Source: Tubulanus polymorphus (taxonomy: Eukaryota > Animalia > Nemertea). From it: 64,000 bases of DNA. How positions within the stretch are numbered: the stretch's first letter is position 1; every line of letters starts with the position of its first letter. The stretch lies in contig NC_134025.1 in assembly GCF_964204645.1 (NCBI RefSeq), forward strand, positions 20,683,101 through 20,747,100. The letters are read 5' to 3'. Both the position numbers and the translations under genes were made by a program. The notes under the pieces were generated by a model. The model was not told the origin of the DNA and searched no databases. It saw only the letters and a program-made list of their open reading frames with translations. Shown piece after piece: positions 21,425 to 35,300 of this stretch.

Positions 21425-21908
21425 TACATTTGTCCCGTATTGTTGGGTCATTTTTTTCTCTTTTTAAAAACTATCTGTGATGCGTGTTTTATCATTATTT
21501 CATCTGTCCCTGGATGGATTTTGATAGTTTTAGTAACATTCAAACCGCGTGAATCTCATGGTTTCAGTTATGTAAAAATCATTTCTCAAATTTGCAACAG
21601 GAGAGCGTAATAGAATCGGTGGACAGTTTTTGCCGCGCGTATAAAAATCTAGAGTACTGAACTGTGAAGTTCATTATTTTCAGAAAGAATTTTCTAAAAA
21701 AATCCAAACATTTCAGAAACTGTGCGCATAAACGCCCCCTTTCAGGTGAACTTTACAATTTTAAGATATCTTGCCTAGTTTTTATCCTATGTCTCTTTAA
21801 CTGCAGCGCCCGTATTGTCATTCCTAGTTTCGGCGCTGTTTTCTATACGTGTATTTCAGTATATGGGTGTAATTTCTTTCATTTTTACTACACTTTTGTC
21901 TCCACGGT
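21425..21908 (-). repeat. Dispersed repeat, inverted partner of 430-915
   Basis: See 430-915. Confidence 0.75.
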
Positions 21909-23046
21909 TTGTTTGTTTTTTTTTGTCATGAAATGATGTAATCACTTATCTTTGCTTTAGTGGCGCTTCTCTAAATGCTTTAGGTTTGTTTAGATGGGTT
22001 TGTACAATAGCAAAAAATAAGCATCGAAGCGCCTACGACTTTTCTTTTCGATATATTTCTTCCTCTGTATTTACTGTGCTTAAGGTGAAGACGTAGGCCT
22101 ACGGTAAAACCTGTCCTAGATCAAAGACTGCTTAGATCATGATGCCTGCGATTTTCAATTGTCTCGAGTTCTCCATACTGTGTTTCCAGTTATAGTTTTT
22201 ATCTATGAAATTTACCTCATCGGTTGTACCTGCACATGTACCTGCGCACCCGGTCCAGTGTGGCAGGTTTTCGTGCTCTGGCTGAGTCTAACATACTCGA
22301 ATCCCCACCGAAGCAGTATGGCGATCATGGCATTACTGGTTTGAAGCGAGATCATGAAACAGACGGCGAGACGTGTGTGATGAAAATCATTATCATCCGC
22401 CGATCCATCGCAGACGATTAGTATTCTGTACGGGCGTGCGCAATTGCTTCTCAGAGTTGCCACCCGTTTTAATCAGCAGTTTGCGTCCGATAATGGCACA
22501 TTCCATAACAGTGAGCGGATGTTGCTTTATTGTCAATAAACCTCTGATCAAAACCCACTAATTAAAAAATCCACATACCGATGATTATTAGTGATCACCT
22601 GCAGAGATAGATGCCCGCATTCTCCACCTTTAGTAGCCGAAGTTCCGATCATTCTGGCTTGGGATCAACAACTGCGATTCTTTTTTTCCGACGCGAACGC
22701 TACAAGAATCCCTGATCTTTCGGAAGCTTGATCTCATAAGTTCAACATGGCCTAAAAAGGAAGTCGTCTTGCTTCCAGGATGTAAACATTTGAACCGTAT
22801 TACATAGTATCTGTAGTCAGGACCCTGAAATAGCTTTACTCCGTTGATTCAGTACACTTATACCCGCAAGTGTCTATAGAGTTCAACCCGAAATTAGCTA
22901 CTCAAGACTAGCGACACGACTATAATTGAAACCAAAATTCTAGGGACTAGGACTAGGGAGTGACTAGTTTAAGCTCAAACAAATTGAAATCAAAATGAGC
23001 TTAGACTATCGTCTGATTTTGTCGTAAATGTGTATTTATTTTGTAG

Positions 23047-24400
23047 GTTTGGGGATTTACTGTTACAGTTGTAAAAATGAGACGACGAACGCTAGATGTA
23101 GCCGAAGCGAAGACGTCATCGACTGCGACTACTCAAAGGGCCGTGCCAAAAATGTTTGCATCACCATGTTCACATTTGACAGTAAGTTGATTCCTTACTG
23201 GATAGGAAGGGGTGTCTCAATAACTGAGTAGTAAGATTTTTAGGCCAACCGTAGGCTGGGCCTATTACTATACAAATGGAGCGAATTCAAATGACATGGT
23301 TTCCAGTACAAAGGGTCTTTGACTGTGCAGCTGCGCATATATCCATACAAATCATTCATTAAAGCATTATCCATTCACCACCAAACCCTATGAAGCTGAA
23401 TTTTTAAAAAGGGGCTCGCTAAAATTTATATGAGCTTTTTCGTGAAAATCTGAACGCAAAGATATCTGTTTTAAAAAGCCAATCAGAAAGCAAAGACTCC
23501 TCAATGATTGGCTTAGCCGTAGAGATCAGCAGGTGTTCACCCGCGGCATCGTCTACTGTTTTACCTCCGGGTTTTATTGTAAGATTTAGAATTGTATTTC
23601 AAGATCGATTTCTGGGAAATCTTCAGTTGATTTGGTTTTTTGGGAGGAATATTTTATTTGCACTACAGAAAATATCATTGACAATTGTGCAAAGTCCAGG
23701 AAAAATAGCTTTTTCTCGAATCGGATGGATGACCTTGATATGCTAATTAGCCATGTGCTCAAACTGAAAATTCAATGAAATATTATTCTGCAAAAAACAT
23801 CAAATCAAATTCAATTTTGCTTTATTGAACAAATAAAACATCAAATCCAATTCGATTGTGTTTTATTGAGCAATTTCAGAAAATTCAATTCTATTCCGCA
23901 TTCAAATCAATAAGACCTAGGGAAAAGATTTATCGGAAGTATTTGTTCCTGCCAGCTCCAGTCGCTACCTGTGCTACTTATGAAAACACAATCGTATTGT
24001 GTAAATTATAGGTATTGACTCTTGAGCTGGGAGTGTATTTTGATAAATTTAACCCATAGAATGCATCATTTGCCGTTTTATGAAAAGCTGACAGGCTGTC
24101 CATAGTGCCCCTTGTGGCTCTTGTATATTGCCATATCTGGTAAGTGCGTGTTGTATGTGTATCGTTGCAGAGAACGGTAAAAAACTCATAAACAAGGAAT
24201 GCGGTTCGGGCCCTTGCAGTTTGAGCAATAAACAGAACAGCGCGCTGGGTTTATGGTGTCCGGTCGGTTCGTCGTGTCCAAGGTGTTGTAACGAGGACAG
24301 GTGCAACATTAGTGTCGGAAACCGTCTGATGGCTGGCTCCGTGAGCGTATTCGCTGGCGTAATTCTCAACTGTTTACGGCGGCATCTAATGGCGTTATAA
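23047..24400 (+). CDS. Ly6/uPAR (three-finger, LU-domain) protein, exons 2-3, probably GPI-anchored
   Basis: Exon 23047-23181 LGIYCYSCKNETTNARCSRSEDVIDCDYSKGRAKNVCITMFTFD; exon 24171-24400 NGKKLINKECGSGPCS...WCPVGSSCPRCCNEDRCN followed by a moderately hydrophobic tail; CxxC start and CCxxxxCN end are LU hallmarks; phases 1/1 consistent. Confidence 0.88.
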
Positions 24401-25356
24401 ATCATGGACGAACGGTATGCTTAGCGCAGGAAGGTCTATCCATTTCTACTCGTCTAGGCTCGGCTGTCGAACTTGAAAATCATTTCTTACGCCGTGAACT
24501 TATTATCGATGAAAACGTGTTCCAGTTTTAGTGTAAAAAATGATTAATATTCTACGTGTTTGTATGTGCGTAAAATGTATGTATTTTTAATATCATGGTT
24601 GAATATCTGCATAAATACATCTATGAAACTTGTCATCTAAATGTTATTTAACTATTTTTTGTACGATCGGTGTGATACCTATACACCACGGTAATCATCT
24701 ATATATGTGTGTAACTTGTGAATTATCTTACATGATGTACCGGCATATATATTAAACTAATCAACATATATATGTAAAATTGGCGATTCATTGAAAGTAA
24801 TGAATCAATCTTGTTTTCGTGAAGATTAATATATTGCATATGCATCTTATTGCTTTCATCTCATTGAAATAGTCAATCGATATACAATGAATGTATATTC
24901 TATCTATATTTCAAGGTGGTATTAAATGTCGATTTGAGGAATGTCATAATTTTGCGTGTTAGTATTCGATTGCTGTCCACGTGGAAAAAAATAACGAGTA
25001 GGCCTAGAGGTTTTGAAATTCTTTTCTTTCATTTCGATAATCTTTAATAAGTATACACTATTTACAATGTAACAAGACCAGCTTTAGATGACGAATATAT
25101 GTAATATCGTTTACATGAATTCTATAGTGTACAAAAAGTTTAAATTCCGATAACTGTGTGGCAGGACGGTGTGACAGTCGTTTCTACGGCTCGTTTTAGT
25201 GAACGGCCATCATCGGTTATAACGATAAAATCATTTAAAAACACCTTCAGGTAGTTGAAATTAAGATATAGAAATCCGAAATACTTTCAATAGATTTTCC
25301 CTCGTGAAAAATGTTTTCGATAAGTACCCCTTGGAACAATACAAAAATACTCGTGT

Positions 25357-28229
25357 TTAATCTAATATCATACGTTGCTTGCCGAAGCTAACTCCGGACG
25401 CGTTGGCACATTTGTTCGTTCCCATTTGTAGTCCGATAATACTCTCTCCGGCTCGCATCTGCTCTTCGGAGAAATTACGTTTATTCTCCTCGCACTTCTT
25501 CGGCCACATCTTCGGAACATCCGGCCCGGTATAATCCTCTTTGCTTTGAGCCTGGAAAAAAGAGGATAGCGGCGGCTTGTCAGAAAATCCCTGAGTCCAC
25601 AAAAGATAGACAAATCGGACAAATTATGGCCTCCTAGGAAGTAAGTCTTACATACAGCTCTTAAAACCCAGGGCCGTCTTGCATACTCGCGACTTACATA
25701 TAAATTTAGTCTTGAGTCATTTAAGACTTGTCTTAAGTTTTTAGTTTGAGGACAAATATGGTCTTAAATCTAAGCGGACAAGTTGCACAGCTATGGCTTA
25801 GACTAAACCTATTGTTATAAGTTTAATTGGGTCATAAAATCTGAAATCTTGACGCTGTTTTTCTTCAAAGTGACGAACCATTTTGACCAAAAATTTATAT
25901 TGGAATTAGACGAAAAATCAATGACAGATTTTAAAATATTTTGCCCAACACGAAAATTCTGAAGTTCAACTTCGGGGATCGGGATGTTCTTGCACCATGT
26001 ACGCATACTTTTCCAGATATGATACGTTACGCCGTTGTAGTTGAGACATTACCTCCATTCCTAAAGCTCGAATGCATATCAAAACTTGGACAAGATTCGT
26101 TCTCTCGTAGAGAGCGTCGGTTTGAAAGAGGTAGGCATTAGGAACACCGTAATCTCGACAAGCATTCAGAAACGTAGCCACACGTTCACGTTCTCTAGCC
26201 TGTTGAAATGCGGCGAGCGTCACATTTTGAAACATCTTCGATTCGAAATTCACTTTTCCGGGCATGAGCACGTTGATGAGCCTGAAATGGAAATTTCGTA
26301 AACTAAACAAAAACGAATTTCATGAATATCTGAGGTCGTTATTACGGGAGCATCTCGGGGACGTATTTATGATAGAAAAGTAAACATCCGCTTGAGTTAA
26401 GAAAATAATTCAGGTATTCCTCGACGAGTTTTGTAAATTTTTGTCCCATTTCTGGCGAGTTTTGACGAGACAATGTTTGCCTAAGGTCTACGTAGATGTT
26501 CTTGGATGAAGATATTTCTAATCAGATTTGTTCAATTCAAAAAGAGAAAGAAAAATAGGAACGGAAGAATGTATTTTTTCAAGGTACCGTAAACAACTAA
26601 TGTCTCGAGTCCTGCTCCAAAAGCTATTTTATACATTTTATTACCCAAAGTGAAAATGTAACGGCTGAAAACAATATAAAAAAACCATAATTCCACTTTG
26701 TGGCCTTTACAGGAACATGATATTTGCAGTGGATATCGACAGGTGGAGGACGCAATCTCCACGGCCACGGTAGATCTCGTACCACAGACGTAATTCTAAT
26801 ATGCTCCTGCTAAATGCACTAGGCCAAAAAACATTTCAAATACTTACTTGCATAGAATAGTTCCCTCGTAAACTAAATTATAAAATACATCAGCGTCTAC
26901 CGAATCTGAGTCCGGAATCTCGTCGATATTCGTGACCAGTTTAATCCATTTCAGGCATTTAGCTGCTTCTTCAGGCTCGAAATTACGTTCGAGCTATAAA
27001 TAAAGATCAAGTGGAATTAAGCAATGTTAGAAAAAATGAGGAATTGAAGATGCACCGACTTGAAACCTCCCAGCGCGTATGGCGAAGAATAAATAGATAG
27101 ACAAAATGCACTCAATACGCTTAGATTCTTAGTTTTGATCAGTTCATCCTACTTGCCAAATTCTAGTTTCACTTTGGGAACGCATTGAATAGACACAAAG
27201 TCACCATACGAAACTCCTAAAAATAATTGTTGAATTTGTTTGGTTTTCTTTTCGTCGATTTACGTGATAATCGCAGTGTACACTATAATTTGCAGAGTGT
27301 CTGTCTATTTTTCGTTAATTGAACTCAAATTTGAGACAACTGCCACACGCTATTTCGTTGGATCGTCATTCTGATTTTTGACTATCTATATTGAACTACA
27401 GAAAGTTGAATTAAAGTGATTTAGTTCCGAGTTTAAATGTCGGAATTAATGACCACGGTTGGAAAAATATAACCGTAAAAGTGATTATTTGAAACAACGA
27501 TTATGTCCCCATGACGCCTGCGTAATTACGTGCAAACGAAAACGACGAGTGTTTATTTTAGGGCGTTTGATACATTTCACCGTACATATATGACTATATA
27601 TAGATAGGATATAGATCAGATTAAAGCGTATATATGCCAAAGATGAATTGAACAAACTGCTGATCAACAACATAAGCAACAGCGTGTTCGATAATCAGTT
27701 AACAGCGCTCTAGGTGAATCGTTTTAACCACACCCTATGTTGTCATGGTTATAGCAGCGTAGATTGCGTTCGACGTTATCGTTTCAATTCGCAGCAAAAC
27801 ACACCGCAGAATTTTGGCTCATTGACCATAAAAGTCTAGTTTATGCAATGAAAATGATACGATTAGATATATTTTCTTAGTCGTAATCGTTCATCTTGGA
27901 AATGTACTATATCTTTGGAAATCCTAGGTTATAATTGAGCAGCGGGATGATGCCCAAAAGGATTAGAAGTTTAGAATAAAAGCATATCCTATAATTATCT
28001 GCAAACGATGTAATTTCTAATCAATGAAAATGAATAAGGGGGAATGCGAGCATCAAAATAATCGTTTGTGATTTTATAACTACATTATTTTTTGCATTGT
28101 TTTTCTATGCCCTCTTTCGGTTATAAAATCTCCAATATATTTTCGTTACTTAGCTCTTACCTTTTCCTGTGCTTCTTTCGCGAATCCGGATTTTTCGACG
28201 CGGTAATCAAATGGGGTTTCACTTGCCAT
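25357..28229 (-). CDS. Myophilin / muscle protein 20 / transgelin-like protein (CH domain + one calponin repeat), 212 aa
   Basis: Exons 28229-28161 (MASETPFDYRVEKSGFAKEAQEK), 26993-26848 (CLKWIK...EGTILCK), 26281-26053 (LINVLMPG...FLNACRDYGV...LFQTDALYE), 25551-25357 (IIGLQMGTNKCANASG calponin repeat); 639 nt total, GT-AG, phases consistent. Confidence 0.93.
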
Positions 28230-28524
28230 GATCGAGCGACGCGTTCGTCTGTCTATCCTGCTCTTGCAACGCGGTTGTTCTGAACAACTGTCAAACATCG
28301 AAGATGATGCATATCGGATGACGTTTGAAACGACTGTGCTTCTTCTATTCCATCCGTCGCTATGTCACCATGTACATACAATACATGTACAAAACTGCTC
28401 TACAGCCATTTCAGTATTTCCTCTTTTATCCATAACACATATAACGTACATACCTAAAGTAATGTCATACATCATAACAGCGATTGAAAACGTTGAGTAT
28501 ATGTTGGAGTACTTTACCAACCAG

Positions 28525-28740
28525 GGACCAGTTGCACAGTCATGACTTAAGTCCAACAATGGTCTTACATCATAAGACCGGTCTTAAATTGTTAGATTGG
28601 CTATAGAACTAAGTTGGTCTTAGACTAGTCTTAAGTCTAAGCCATGACTATGCAACCAGCCCCTGGGGCCAGTTTCACAGTCGTGACTTTAGTCCAAAAG
28701 TGTTCTTAAGTCTTAAGTTGTAAGATTGGCTAAAGAACTA
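28525..28740. mobile_element. Small MITE (28525-28662) followed directly by a truncated second copy; Harbinger-like by termini
   Basis: TIR GGACCAGTTGCACAGTCATGACTTA / TAAGCCATGACTATGCAACCAGCCC flanked by CAG and CTG; internal gtcttaag motifs; related copies at ~25671-25805 and ~31868-31990. Confidence 0.65.
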
Positions 28741-29170
28741 ACGAATAACTTCTCTGGGTCCCCTATTTTCAGTGCCACCAATTACTTCTCCAGATCCTCC
28801 AATACCAACAACAACTACCCTAGGGCTTCCAATACCGACGACTATTCCAACAACAAATAAAATGACAACCATAACTACATCTATTTCTCCATCGCCAACA
28901 ACGACTCCAGAATCACCAACCTCTCCAGTATATTTTTTCAGTACCGCCATCAACTACTCCAGATCCTTCAATGCCAAAAACAACTACCCTGGACCTCTAA
29001 TACCGACACTATTCCAACAACAAATAAACCGACATCTTTACCACAAACAACTACTGCAAAACCACCAACTTCTCCAGGTATCTTATTTTCATGACCGCCA
29101 TCAACTTTTCCAGATCCTTCAATGCCAAAAACAAGTACCCTAGGGCCTATAATACCGACAACTCCGAACC
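28741..29170 (+). pseudogene. Decayed copy of the Pro/Thr mucin-like repeat unit (~2.5 units)
   Basis: acttctctgggtcccctattttca, ccagatcctccaataccaacaacaactacc and ccaataccgacgactattccaacaaca match the 174-bp unit of 32374-35979, with frameshifts. Confidence 0.8.
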
Positions 29171-30420
29171 ATGAACTTGATAAATTGGCTGAGTGGTTCC
29201 AAGCCAACAAACTATCTTTAAACATAACAAATACACATTTCATGGTGTTCGGTTCCAATTTGCCCGTTAATACCTCAATTCAAATAAATGGTCAAGTAAT
29301 GAACAAGGTCAAAAATACTAATTTTCTAGACGTATCGGCCCCACTCCGCGCGGTTGCGCCACCGTGCGGGGTTTACGCGAAGCAGCAAACACAAACATGG
29401 CTACTCTCTCAATTTTCAATGATAGAAATCGTGTGTGCATTTCAATTATTTCGGCTGTTAGGGTTTTAAGGCACAATATAAGTTGATGATGTGATATGGC
29501 GATGTTAATTAATGATAATTCTGCGCAGTGAAGCTAGTAACGAACGGTGCTGATTGAGTGTACAGCTGCCAAAAACACTGAAATGTGCGTAGTTGCGTAA
29601 CTATTTGCAGTGAATTGCAGACGAAACATGAATCCTTAACGGCCGTTTAAAAAAAATTATACCAATCGCAATTGTAAAATAAAAATGAGATAGAACCTAA
29701 GTTAAAATTCTGGCCATTTCTAAAATGTTATTACTAATTTTTAGTCAGTACCGAACGTTTAGTTTTCCAACAATAATGAGGGGTGGTAGGTAGTCATGCA
29801 ATTCAAGTCATCATTTATTACACGTTACTTCCGTGTTGTTGAAAATCTCGCGAGTCCTGGACCAAACCCCATTGAACAATGTGATCTGTGTGCTGGCCAC
29901 AAATGCACACAGATCACACTACACTGCCCATTACACACTCCAGTACCCACAGCTTTCATATATCCATCCAAATGTTTAGAGTGTCTTTCTTCCTGGGTAT
30001 TCATATTGATGACAGGTTGAAATGGGATACTCATATTGATTATGTTTGTGTTAAGGTTGTCCGCAGTGTGGGCATATTGAATAGATTGAAACGCTCTTTA
30101 CCCAAATCTTTACTTACGTACTCGTTTATATTTCAGTTTAGTTGAACCATACTTAAGCTACTGTAACCTAGTTTTGGCAAGTAATAACAATGAATCTTCA
30201 ATCCTTAGTCTTGCTAAAGAAACGGCGTGCCGTAAGAATAATATCAGATTCCCATTACCTAGATCATAGTGATTCTCTTTTTAGTAGTTTAAATATTTTT
30301 AAAATTCATGAAATCAACAAATTACAGCTGGGTTGTTGTATGTTTAATTATGTGATTTCAAATACACCGCAGAGTTTTCAGAACTATTTTAGATTCAATT
30401 TCCAGGTCCATAGTTGTGAG
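29171..30420 (+). mobile_element. CR1/L2-group LINE 3' fragments, interrupted by an unrelated insert (~29330-29970)
   Basis: ELDKLAEWFQANKLSLNITNTHFMVF (29.17-29.33 kb), FLGIHIDDRLKWDTHIDYV...VGILNRLK (~30.0 kb), KRRAVRII...LFSSLNIFKIHEINKLQ (~30.2 kb). Confidence 0.8.
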
Positions 30421-31867
30421 ACGCGTGTGTGGTGTGCGTGTGTGTGTTCAATTCAATTCAAATTCAAATTGTCTGATCCTCAACGTAAAAAGGCTAACAT
30501 TCCCCTATCTCATGAGTCAGTTGTTGCCGTTGGCGTCATAAGCAAGATGCGATGCATGATTGCTTGGATGGGAAAATAAGCCTTTTAGATTTTGTTAAGA
30601 ACGTTCACCAGTAGTTACTGAGGAGACATCGGCTCTTGTTGCTGGCTCTTGATCTAGTGGCTCGATCAGGTGTTAGGTTCGGGTCAGTGTAGATCATGAC
30701 AACATACCACCCTCTTGCAAATTCATGTAGACTGGTTGCCTGCCCCATAGATAGAGACCGGTAACCAGACTAAGATCGTGTACGCCAGTCGCCTGTACAA
30801 TTCTACGCAACCTGCATTAGCAGTCAGAAGAGGACAGGTTTAACTCGGTTTATTCTAAGAAAATACCCACATTCCCCAGGGTTAGCAAAGATAATTCATT
30901 TTCCTTAAACTTCATGTCATTAGTCTCAATTACTCCTTTCACAGAATGGAACCAAATGATTCGAATTTTATGATGTATGCGAGGACTGTCATACCGATCG
31001 TCTACACGACTGCGTCATACACATCCTTATGTCTTTACTACAACTACCTCGATTAGAAACAGTGCAACGAAAATACCCGGACTCGATGATATGCCGTGTT
31101 TTTTCGCTTGACTACGTAACAGTTCTATAAGTAACAGTTGTCACCGAAGATAAGGCGATACTATCCCGCAAATTTTTTCCAACTCGTGACAAAATATCAC
31201 CGAGCAATTCATGAAGTTTGGTGACAGGTTGCAACACGATACATTAACCGAGCATATAGATACTGTTAATCTCATTTTCACCATTGAGTTACAATGAACT
31301 TCGTGATCTATAATTCTAAGATAGTGGCAACGCAAGATGAAATCAGCTGATTAATTGAAATAGTTGAGTATAGACCTACACGTGTGGTGACCAGTTGGCT
31401 GCGTTACTTGTTGCATGAAAGGTATTTGTGCAGTTCGTTCTACTCGAAAGGTAAGATCTTTGTAGACAATGTTGTGCACAATTTCCGATAAAACCCAGCC
31501 GTACAAAGCATTTCAATGTTAGGAAGGCAGAGAAGCCCAGAATCGTTAACTAGGTAACCCTTCATGTAAAACATAAACGGAATGGCATTAAAAGTAGATA
31601 GGGATTCAACAGCAAACGACTTGATCAAAATTAAACTTTGAACAAACTTTCATCTAGATATATTGGCAGATCTTTGGAATCATATACGTTGACATGTACG
31701 ATTTTCACTGGTGCGCTTTATTGAGTAAGCAGTAAATTTCATAGATGATCAATTGTACGATTTTGACTGGTGCGCTTTATTGAGTAAACAGTAATTTCAT
31801 AGAGGTTCAATTGACGTTGAAAAAAATATTATTATCGTTGTTTTCCTACTGGATACTAACACACCTT

Positions 31868-31990
31868 GGGCCAGTCGGTTCCATAATTGAGACGTAAGTG
31901 GTCTTATATCTTAAGAACTGGTGTTAAGTTGTAGATTGGCAATAGAACTAAGTCGGTCTTAAGTCAGAGCCATGACTAGAGAAACGGCCC
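31868..31990. mobile_element. Diverged copy of the 28525 MITE family
   Basis: agattggcaatagaactaagtcggtcttaagtcagagccatgactagagaaacggcccctgg matches 28595-28666. Confidence 0.6.
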
Positions 31991-32373
31991 CTGGAGGAAC
32001 CTCATTTGCAACGCTTTTTCTAGAAATAGGAATTTCCCTCTTGATTTGACGCTTTACTCTTTTACGAACTCACTGCATCCGTCGCGACTCAAGCTGGGGT
32101 TTTGGTTCAAAGTACACCCTACAGATATACTGTAATGGTCGGTTAAATTCATGTAATTTATTGTTTAAATCGAACATAAGTGAGAATTTTGGTCTCGGTT
32201 GGTGTACTAACCTAACCAGCCTGAACCAGCAAAACTAACTGATTGGGTTATATTTTCATTGGCTGCTTAATGCACAAATTTCGGTTGACAATTTTGAACT
32301 GAAAATGGATTAAATTCATGTTACGAATGAAGTTATTCTTTCAGGAAAAAAATACGCTCCCGAACCATCGAAA

Positions 32374-35300
32374 ATGAAGTGTTTTCTCGTTTTCATCATT
32401 GCTGGACTCATCATTGTCACGGAAGCGTACACTGTACGCCATCATACAACAACTACTCCAGAACCACCAACAACTTCTCTAGGTCCCCCATTTTCATTGC
32501 CACCAAGTACTACTCCAGATCCTCCAATACCACCAACAACTACCCCGGAACCTCCAATACCGACAACTATTCCAACAACAGCTAAACCGATAACGATACC
32601 TACATCTATTCCTCCATCACCAACAACTACTCCGGAACCACCAACAACTTCTCTAGGCCCCCCGTTTTCATTGCCACTAAGTACTACTCCAGATCCTCCA
32701 ATACCACCAACAACTACTCTGGAACCCCCAATACCGACAACTATTCCAACAACAGCTAAACCGACAACGATACCTACATCTATTCCTCCATCACCAACAA
32801 CTACTCCAGAACCACCAACAACTTCTCTAGGCCCCCCGTTTTCATTGCCACCAAGTACTACTCCAGATCCTCCAATACCACCAACTACTACTCCGGAACC
32901 CCCAATACCGACAACTATTCCAACAACAGATAAACCGATAACGATACCTACATCTATTCCTCCATCACCAACAACTACTCCAGAACCACCAACAACTTCT
33001 CTAGGCCCCCCGTTTTCATTGCCACCAAGTACTACTCCAGATCCTCCAATACCACCAACAACTACTCTGGAACCCCCAATACCGACAACTATTCCAACAA
33101 CAGCTAAACCGACAACGATACCTACATCTATTCCTCCATCACCAACAACTATTCCAGAACCACCAACAACTTCTCTAGGCCCCACATTTTCATTGCCACC
33201 AAGTACTACTCCAGATCCCCCATTACCACCAACAACTACCCCGGAACCTCCAATACCGACAACTATTCCAACAACAGCTAAACCGACAACGATACCTACA
33301 TCTATTCCTTCATCACCAACAACTACTCCAGAGCCACCAACAACTTCTCTAGGCCCCCCGTTTTCATTGCCACCAAGTACTACTCCAGATCCTCCAATAC
33401 TACCAACTACTACTACGGAACCCCCAATACCGACAACTATTCCAACAACAGCTAAACCGACAACGATACCTACATCTATTCCTCCATCACCAACAACTAC
33501 TCCAGAACCACCAACAACTTCTCTAGGCCCCCCGTTTTCATTGCCACCAAGTACTACTCCAGATCCCCCATTACCACCAACAACTACCCCGGAACCTCCA
33601 ATACCGACAACTATTCCAACAACAGCTAAACCGACAACGATACCTACATCTATTCCTCCATCACCAACAACTATTCCAGAACCACCAACAACTTCTCTAG
33701 GCCCCCCATTTTCATTGCCACCAAGTACTACTCCAGATCCCCCATTACCACCAACAACTACCCCGGAACCTCCAATACCGACAACTATTCCAACAACAGC
33801 TAAACCGACAACGATACCTACATCTATTCCTTCATCACCAACAACTACTCCAGAACCACCAACAACTTCTCTAGGCCCCCCGTTTTCATTGCCACAGAGT
33901 ACTACTCCAGATCCCCCATTACCACCAACAACTACCCCGGAACCTCCAATACCGACAACTATTCCAACAGCTAAACCGACAACGATACCTACATCTATTC
34001 CTCCATCACCAACAACTACTCCAGAACCACCAACAACTTCTCTAGGTCCCCCGTTTTCATTGCCACCAAGTACTACTCCAGAACACCCAATACCACCAAC
34101 AACTACTCCGGAACCTCCAATACCGACAACTATTCCAACAACAGCTAAACCGACAACCATACCTACATCTATTCCTCCATCACCAACAACTACCCCAGAA
34201 CCACCAACAACTTCTCTAGGCCCCCCGTTTTCATTGCCACCAAGTACTACTCCAGATCCCCCATTACCACCAACAACTACCCCGGAACCTCCAATGCCAA
34301 CAACTATTCCAATAACAGCTAAACCGACAACGATACCTACATCTATACCTCCATCACCAACAACTACTCCAGAACCACCAACAACTTCTCTAGGCCCCCC
34401 GTTTTCATTGCCACCAAGTACTACTCCAGATCCTCCAATACCACCAACAACTACTCCGGAACCCCCAATACCGATAACTATTCCAACAACAGCTAAACCG
34501 ACAACGATACCTACATCTATTCCTCCATCACCAACAACTACTCCAGAACGACCAACAACTTCTCTAGGCCCCCCGTTTTCATTGCCACCAAGTACTACTC
34601 CAGATCCTCCAATACCACCAACTACTACTCCGGAACCCCCAATACCGACAACTATTCCAACAACAGATAAACCGATAACGATACCTACATCTATTCCTCC
34701 ATCACCAACAACTACTCCAGAACCACCAACAACTTCTCTAGGCCCCCCGTTTTCATTGCCACCAAGTACTACTCCAGATCCTCCAATACCACCAACAACT
34801 ACTCTGGAACCCCCAATACCGACAACTATTCCAACAACAGCTAAACCGACAACGATACCTACATCTATTCCTCCATCACCAACAACTATTCCAGAACCAC
34901 CAACAACTTCTCTAGGCCCCACATTTTCATTGCCACCAAGTACTACTCCAGATCCCCCATTACCACCAACAACTACCCCGGAACCTCCAATACCGACAAC
35001 TATTCCAACAACAGCTAAACCGACAACGATACCTACATCTATTCCTCCATCACCAACAACTATTCCAGAACCACCAACAACTTATCTAGGCCCCACATTT
35101 TCATTGCCACCAAGTACTACTCCAGATCCCCCATTACCACCAACAACTACCCCGGAACCTCCAATACCGACAACTATTCCAACAACAGCTAAACCGACAA
35201 CGATACCTACATCTATTCCTTCATCACCAACAACTACTCCAGAGCCACCAACAACTTCTCTAGGCCCCCCGTTTTCATTGCCACCAAGTACTACTCCAGA

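Noticed and set aside
14000-22800. Nested gene in the long Ly6 intron
   Set aside because: Short ORFs show no recognisable domains and I could not build a consistent exon chain; small exons could have been missed
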